Positions 58,892-64,000 of a stretch of 64,000 bases of DNA are shown here, one piece after another; position 1 is the first letter of the stretch; every line of letters begins with the position of its first letter. The notes below the pieces were generated by a model. It saw nothing but the letters and a program-made list of their open reading frames with translations. It made no database searches and had not been told where the DNA came from. The DNA lies in NCBI GenBank assembly GCA_963749275.1, contig CAVVNA010000017.1, positions 5,098-69,097 on the forward strand, written 5' to 3'. Made by a program: the position numbers and the translations under genes. The stretch is from an uncultured Acidobacteriaceae bacterium. Lineage in GTDB: Bacteria > Acidobacteriota > Terriglobia > Terriglobales > Acidobacteriaceae.

Positions 58892-60073
58892 TCACCCGGA
58901 TCGGGTCACAGACCGCGCCAATTGCTGGGCCAGAACCAGCAGGCGTTCCACATGCTCGCTCCAGCTAAAGTCGAGAGCACGCCGCAGGCCATTGCGCGAG
59001 AGTTTTTCCGCCAACTCCGGCGACTCCTGAATCTGGACTACCCGTTCCGCCAACGCATTGCAAGAGAAACGGGGGAAATAGATTCCCGCATCCCCGCAGA
59101 TTTCGCGATGCACCGGCAAGTCAGATACTACAAGCGGCAAGCCGCTCGACATGGCCTCGACCAGGGGATGGGCAAACGTTTCTGTATAGGCCGGGCTCAC
59201 ATAGATGTCACAGGCGCGGTGGAGATGATGCAGCGATCTATAGGGAACTGTGCCCAGTTCAACAACATTGTCGCGGACGCCAAGTGTGCTCATGAGCGCG
59301 ACCGCGGTCTCGGCTCGATACGAGCCTGGATTCTTCGATGAAGACAAGTGACAGGTCAGGAACAGCTTTATTTTCTTTCCGGGTAGCCGGTCGCGCAAAA
59401 TTGGCAGCGCCCGAATCAAAGTCTCGAAATTTCGGTAGTAGTTGTAATGGCTTACAAAAAGCAACTTCAGTGCAGCGGCCGACTCCTTCAACTGATTTCG
59501 CATGGAGTCAGGCAAGGGGGTCGAGTCGCTGGTAAACAAGTCACGATCGAACCCGTGGTGAACAGGCAGCACGTTCTGCCCCGTCCATTTGCCGAGGTCT
59601 TCCGCAAAAGCCTTGCTCGGAGCGACCGTGACGTCGGCCCAGTGTACGGACCGGCGAGCAAACCAACCTTTGATCAATGTGTCGACCCAAAGCATGTAAT
59701 CTCGCCGTTTTCGGACATCGCGGTAGAAATCGGCCGATAGGTAGAGAGAGTTTCCCGACAGAAGGATCTGCGGCACCGGAGAGTCCCGGAGTGCAAAGTT
59801 CCCGGTAGAAACGAGAACCTGCGCACAACTGCGCCGCACCAAGTCCCGAAGTTTGGTCTGCTCGAAGATAAAACGCCCCAATACCTTGCGGCTTGGGCTG
59901 GTCTCGGCAAAAGAAATATTCGGAAATTCAGCGAATTCCCTGCGCAACTCGGCACTAAGCAAGACTGTCGTCTGCGCATCCGTTCTCCGCGCGAGCTGGG
60001 GAATCACGTTGCGCAGGTAAGTAGGGCCTGCACCCGCGCTCGCGGCCAGGCCATTGATGAACAATCTGATCAT
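58892..60073 (-). CDS. glycosyltransferase family 1/4
   Basis: 'LFINGLAASAGAGPTY', 'KLLFVSHYNYYRN', 'YVSPAYTETFAHPLVEAMSSGLPLVVSDLPVHREICGDAG'. Confidence 0.85.
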   Translation of the reverse strand: MIRLFINGLAASAGAGPTYLRNVIPQLARRTDAQTTVLLSAELRREFAEFPNISFAETSPSRKVLGRFIFEQTKLRDLVRRSCAQVLVSTGNFALRDSPVPQILLSGNSLYLSADFYRDVRKRRDYMLWVDTLIKGWFARRSVHWADVTVAPSKAFAEDLGKWTGQNVLPVHHGFDRDLFTSDSTPLPDSMRNQLKESAAALKLLFVSHYNYYRNFETLIRALPILRDRLPGKKIKLFLTCHLSSSKNPGSYRAETAVALMSTLGVRDNVVELGTVPYRSLHHLHRACDIYVSPAYTETFAHPLVEAMSSGLPLVVSDLPVHREICGDAGIYFPRFSCNALAERVVQIQESPELAEKLSRNGLRRALDFSWSEHVERLLVLAQQLARSVTRSG

Positions 60074-61503
60074 CGGGTGGGCACGACGGCTCCGAATTCA
60101 GCCGGCGACGGACGAGAAGCTCGGGAAACAGCGCCCGCTACTGGAACCACAACAGCGTCAGGGACAAGATCCGCAAGTACGAATGCAAAGACCCAAAAAA
60201 ACACGCAGAGATAATAACCCACGGCAAAAAGCCAATCCTCGAAACTGGCGTGGACAAGCCCGGATAACACCACCATAGCCAGCGGGATCGAGTAATGGCG
60301 TGGGTCGGCGGTTCGCCTCATCCACACGCAGACTTTGCATACGTTCGACACCGTCACCGCCAGAATCGCAACGAAGGGCGCCACACCCAATAGACCCACC
60401 CACTCCGCGATGGCCAGGTAGCTGTTGCCGTGCTCACGAGCCGTCTCGGCGGTCGAAGAGACAATCCCAAAACCCACTCCGGGATCCTCGCCCGTCGGAG
60501 CCGTGCCATATCCCGTTCCGAACCACGGATGCTCCTTGATCGAGGCCTTCGTCTTTTCCCAAGGTGTCTTCCGCGAACCCATCAAACCTTCTTCCTTGTG
60601 TCCCTTGTAAAGCATTGCATCCTTCATGTCCCCTAGCTTCCTGTTTAAGCCTCCCGGATCTAACATCCCGTTGATTGCAATCAGGACCAGAACTAACGCC
60701 ACTACCTTCACCAGCAATTTGTACTGACGCAGGCAAACACAGAAGATCAATGTGACGAGCATGACCGAAGCCATCGCAGCGCGTGCCACGCTGAAATAAA
60801 CCAGGTACGTGCAAAGCAGCAGGGCCGCCAGCCTGCGGAGCCTCACTCCAGGCACATCGCTGGTGAGCCAGCCCCACAACAGGATTGGGAACACTCCGGT
60901 GCCCATGGCCGCGCCGAGAGAGTTGGGATTACCCCAAACGCTGTCACCGAGAACGAAATAACAGATCGCGGTGCCATAGACCAAGAGCTGGCATCCCCAG
61001 AGCAAACCGCGAAGAAAACGGTCCTCCCGGCCGAGAACGGCCAGGCGAGCGCCTGAAGAACAATATATAAAAAGAAGCAACAGGCTCAAAGCCTTCAGGG
61101 AAGCCATCTGCACCCACGGAGAAACGGTGGCGGAGACAAACGCGGCGGAGACGCAAAAGAAAGCGATCAGATGTATCGATCCGAAAGGCCTACGCGGAAC
61201 CTTCGACCAAACAATGAAGCCCACGGCCGCACCCGCGGCCAACACGAGCCAGCGTCCACCGCCTCTCCAGGCCTCCTGAAAGGGGACACCCATGCCAGCC
61301 CAAACAAAGGCGATCATCAACAGAGCGAAAAACCTTCGCTCATATTTCCAGATGCTGGCCATGACTATCTCCAGCATCAAGACCCCCTCCAGCAGAGAAA
61401 CGTTGCCAAAGTAAGGCAAATGTTGATAGAAAAAATACAGGATCAGGACGGCGCTCACGCCCATCAGGATGCCAGCCCACGGCAGCGGTTTCCCGGAATT
61501 CAT
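60070..61503 (-). CDS. wzy: O-antigen ligase/polymerase family membrane protein (Wzy-type)
   Basis: About 11 TM helices with a large loop 'GHKEEGLMGSRKTPWEKTKASIKEHPWFGTGYGT..EHGNSYLAIA' typical of the Wzy_C domain; ATG 61503 forms ATGA with the upstream GT stop; its own stop forms ATGA with the next GT start. Confidence 0.75.
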   Translation of the reverse strand: MNSGKPLPWAGILMGVSAVLILYFFYQHLPYFGNVSLLEGVLMLEIVMASIWKYERRFFALLMIAFVWAGMGVPFQEAWRGGGRWLVLAAGAAVGFIVWSKVPRRPFGSIHLIAFFCVSAAFVSATVSPWVQMASLKALSLLLLFIYCSSGARLAVLGREDRFLRGLLWGCQLLVYGTAICYFVLGDSVWGNPNSLGAAMGTGVFPILLWGWLTSDVPGVRLRRLAALLLCTYLVYFSVARAAMASVMLVTLIFCVCLRQYKLLVKVVALVLVLIAINGMLDPGGLNRKLGDMKDAMLYKGHKEEGLMGSRKTPWEKTKASIKEHPWFGTGYGTAPTGEDPGVGFGIVSSTAETAREHGNSYLAIAEWVGLLGVAPFVAILAVTVSNVCKVCVWMRRTADPRHYSIPLAMVVLSGLVHASFEDWLFAVGYYLCVFFWVFAFVLADLVPDAVVVPVAGAVSRASRPSPAEFGAVVPTR

Positions 61504-62651
61504 CGAGCCCCCGTCCCGGCGGAGATCGCGGCCGCGGCCAGGCCATCGGCGCATGCTTCCGGTGAGTAGTTTCGAATTCGTTCCAGGCTTCGCGCACTCA
61601 TCTGCTGCTTGAGCTCAGGTTGCCGCACCAGAGAATTGATCGCCACGCTGAGTTTCTCCGAATCTCGGGGAGGCACCACATAACCATTCCACCCATCTTC
61701 GACCAGGTCGGCCGAACATCCCGCCACACTGCTCACGATGATCGGAAGTCCGCACGCCATCGCTTCGTTCACTACCAAACCCCAGGGGTCGCTGTGCGTC
61801 GGCAGAACCAGGGTTTCCGCGAGCGCATACAGACCAGCCAAATCCTCCCGCTGCGCGAATCCCGGAAAACAAACCGTCCCCGGGCTGATCCGTTTTGCCT
61901 GTTGCGCCAGTTCCTCTCTGGAGACACCATCGCCGGCAAATACCAAGCCCACCTCCGATCGCAAACCGCTCTCTAGTTTGGCATAAGCTTCGAGAAGATC
62001 AAAAGCACCTTTTTCCGGAATCAACCTTCCCACAAACAAAATGAACCGTCGCGGAAACCCGAACTTTTCTCGAAATGCGGCCGGATAGCACTTTGCGCTC
62101 TCCGCCTGCGTCGCAAAGAAGTTGTTATCGACCGCGTTGGGTGCTGTGAAGATAACCTGCTCGCAGACTCCGAGAGTTAGGAGGTAGGCAAACGAGGATT
62201 TCCCGGGCACGACAAAGGCATTACAAGACTTCACAAAATATCGCTTCAACCGTTCCACACTGGCGCGTCCAGATCTCCGGTCTCGCTGGTTACTCTCTGT
62301 CCACAGAACAAAACGCACGTTCCGCCGGCGGGCCCACCAGAGCGATCCCCAAGACGCGGGATAGTTATACCCGCCACAAACGATGGCCTGGGGACACGCT
62401 GCATCCAGTGCCGGCCACAATCCGCGATTCACCAGAAGACTGTGCTTCCCCGCGCGCCATCGCCAGGAGGGCAGAACTTCGTATGAAAAACGGATCTCAT
62501 CGGTATAGATGTGCCACTGTCGAAGCGCCTTGTCGGTCTCTGCCAGAAAAATGACGTGCAGATCCATCCCGTCCCGACGCGCGAGAGCGTTGAAAACAGG
62601 GATACGGTAAGGGGCGATGATTTCCGTAAGGATAACAGTCTTTCGGGTCAT
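61500..62651 (-). CDS. glycosyltransferase family 4
   Basis: 'MTRKTVILTEIIAPYRIPVFNAL', 'ILFVGRLIPEKG', 'LVLPTHSDPWGLVVNEAMACGLPIIVSSVAGCSADLVEDGWNG'. Confidence 0.85.
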   Translation of the reverse strand: MTRKTVILTEIIAPYRIPVFNALARRDGMDLHVIFLAETDKALRQWHIYTDEIRFSYEVLPSWRWRAGKHSLLVNRGLWPALDAACPQAIVCGGYNYPASWGSLWWARRRNVRFVLWTESNQRDRRSGRASVERLKRYFVKSCNAFVVPGKSSFAYLLTLGVCEQVIFTAPNAVDNNFFATQAESAKCYPAAFREKFGFPRRFILFVGRLIPEKGAFDLLEAYAKLESGLRSEVGLVFAGDGVSREELAQQAKRISPGTVCFPGFAQREDLAGLYALAETLVLPTHSDPWGLVVNEAMACGLPIIVSSVAGCSADLVEDGWNGYVVPPRDSEKLSVAINSLVRQPELKQQMSARSLERIRNYSPEACADGLAAAAISAGTGAR

Positions 62652-62712
62652 GACTGAAGTTGTAGAACGCGCGAGCGGAGATTCAAAAATGGGGCGACCG
62701 GCAAATTGGGAT

Positions 62713-63318
62713 CTATTTTGTAGCCTCAACGTAAAGGCTTTCAGAGCGTCTGGATTCTAGCTCAATTTCCGCGATCTCAGCAATCCGGCTGCTGCCGAAG
62801 GTACTTAATTCAAGCACTGGGAAACCAGCTTCCTGCAGCATGTGGGCAAGAGACCGGGCATCGAACATCTGTTTGTGATGCGCTCCGGCGTGCACGACGT
62901 CGCGAAGGCCGGTCGTCAGAAGAAGCCGCGAGACAAATCTGTGAGAGGCCATGGGATCGGCCGTGTCGGAAAGATAGTCGCGCACCATAATGCCCAAGTC
63001 CGGCACCACGATCCGCAGGACGCCGCCAGGCCTGAGAACGCGAAAACACTCCCGCGCCACGCCCTGCGACTCCTCGTAAGTAAAGTGTTCGAAGGTATGC
63101 GAAGAATAGATGCAAGAGACCGACGAATCAGGATATGGAATGCGTTTGCGAACATCCAGGCGGCGAACGTCATGTGGCCAGTCAGGGGTATGAAAAATCC
63201 GTCTCCCGAGCGGCAACCGCGAAAGCAGGACGCTGGGCGAATTGTCGATATTCACCCATCCCTCGATCCCCGAAGTCCCACAACCGATGTTCAATTTCAG
63301 CTCGGCTGCACAGGTCAT
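62713..63318 (-). CDS. class I SAM-dependent methyltransferase (Methyltransf_11-like)
   Basis: 'LNIGCGTSGIEGWVNIDNS', 'VSCIYSSHTFEHF', 'LRPGGVLRIVVPD'. Confidence 0.8.
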   Translation of the reverse strand: MTCAAELKLNIGCGTSGIEGWVNIDNSPSVLLSRLPLGRRIFHTPDWPHDVRRLDVRKRIPYPDSSVSCIYSSHTFEHFTYEESQGVARECFRVLRPGGVLRIVVPDLGIMVRDYLSDTADPMASHRFVSRLLLTTGLRDVVHAGAHHKQMFDARSLAHMLQEAGFPVLELSTFGSSRIAEIAEIELESRRSESLYVEATK

Positions 63319-63532
63319 TGTGGATTCAACTTAAATTGCGAAAAGAGATTTTGCTAATCAGAACAAGCCGCCGGCTGGTTTTCGATATTGGAGTCACCGC
63401 GATAAAAACAATGCTATCTAAGGTCGCGCTGAAGCGCAACGAGGCTGTACGGAAGGGCTTCGGCTCAGAAGGCGCTTCGCTCTGTCGATGTTTCGATGGC
63501 GAACTGATCTCCACGGTAGACCGCGTTCAGCG

Positions 63533-64000
63533 TCATGCAAAACCTTCGACCTCCCTTTTCAGTAGATTGCGGCCGATGGCCGCCCAACTGATCGCATAGA
63601 CCGCGCACCCCAGACCGATCAAGACCAATGGGGGCAAGTGTTTTGGAAGCGCAATCCATAAGACAGCCCCCATGATCAGACTGGCGATCACGGCAACGAT
63701 CAGCAGCGGAGTCTTGGCGGCAGCGCGCACCTGCGGCGGACAGAGCAAGAAGGCACAAAGCGCAACCGCGAACTCGCCCAGCACAAAGGCCACACAGGCG
63801 CCGGCGACTCCGAAGAGCGGAGGCAGGATGAGACAAAGAAGTACGGCAGTGACGGCGCCAGCCAAGGTGGATACAAAATAAGCCCGATGACGGCCCATCG
63901 CGTAAATAATTGTTCCCGCGAATAGCGTTGCTGCCGGCGCTGTAATCACATACAGTGCGACCCATTGGAAAGCATGCACCGCCTCCTGAAACTGAGCGCC
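63533..64000 (-). CDS. wzx: polysaccharide flippase (MOP/Wzx family), C-terminal part only; gene continues past the window end
   Basis: Four to five consecutive TM helices ('LYVITAPAATLFAGTIIYAM', 'AGAVTAVLLCLILPPLFG', 'LLIVAVIASLIMGAVLWIAL'); the frame stays open to base 64000. Confidence 0.6.
   Translation of the reverse strand, partial: GAQFQEAVHAFQWVALYVITAPAATLFAGTIIYAMGRHRAYFVSTLAGAVTAVLLCLILPPLFGVAGACVAFVLGEFAVALCAFLLCPPQVRAAAKTPLLIVAVIASLIMGAVLWIALPKHLPPLVLIGLGCAVYAISWAAIGRNLLKREVEGFA

Overview
This is a 64-kb, visibly GC-rich bacterial chromosomal segment with about 60 protein-coding genes. I found no rRNA, tRNA, CRISPR array, transposase or integrase. A TIGR03436-style VWFA-related secreted protein, bacillithiol bshA and many short GC-rich palindromic REP elements suggest Acidobacteriota (Terriglobia-like); that assignment is inference.

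Layout:
- 0.2-4.9 kb: ECF sigma factor cluster with secreted and envelope proteins.
- 5.1-12.1 kb: RraA-like protein plus a complete MFP-RND-OMF efflux operon.
- 12.1-14.5 kb: a decayed, AT-richer patch holding a TolC tail fragment, small membrane ORFs and a truncated, frameshifted HtrA PDZ remnant.
- 14.6-42.5 kb: mixed housekeeping genes. These include an APC permease, purU, bshA, an orphan LytS-type kinase, AlaX, an MBL hydrolase, bactofilin, an NSAR/OSBS-GNAT-mazG-GDPD string, pncB, an aldo-keto reductase, a STAS protein and a tandem paralog pair.
- 43.1-64.0 kb: a Wzx/Wzy-type polysaccharide locus with a WecA-like initiating transferase, Wza, six glycosyltransferases, Wzy and a partial Wzx. 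Its tailoring set is unusual: a clear homologue of animal heparan-sulfate D-glucuronyl C5-epimerase, a BNR propeller, a NodU/CmcH carbamoyltransferase, an ADH+Gfo/Idh/MocA bi-domain oxidoreductase, an AsnB-type amidotransferase and two methyltransferases.

Signals not explained by plain gene calls:
- Two paralogous small membrane-anchored proteins share a gap-free QRxR...WxxPxxxFxL...YNRPPP signature that I cannot assign to a known family.
- REP hairpins have invaded coding DNA: one sits in frame in the mazG linker, and one replaces the stop of a secreted-protein gene, whose ORF then reads about 0.9 kb antisense into the next gene.
- A 29-bp-stem inverted repeat is built from GTCGTTG heptamers.
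- A 55-aa Cys-rich ORF with a strong SD falls below the ORF-track cutoff.
- Two membrane ORFs lie in one frame, split by a single TGA.
- Short tandem repeats occupy two intercistronic spacers of the polysaccharide locus.

I found no complete, clearly novel multi-gene system such as a defence island. All homology statements come from reading motifs by eye and need database confirmation.
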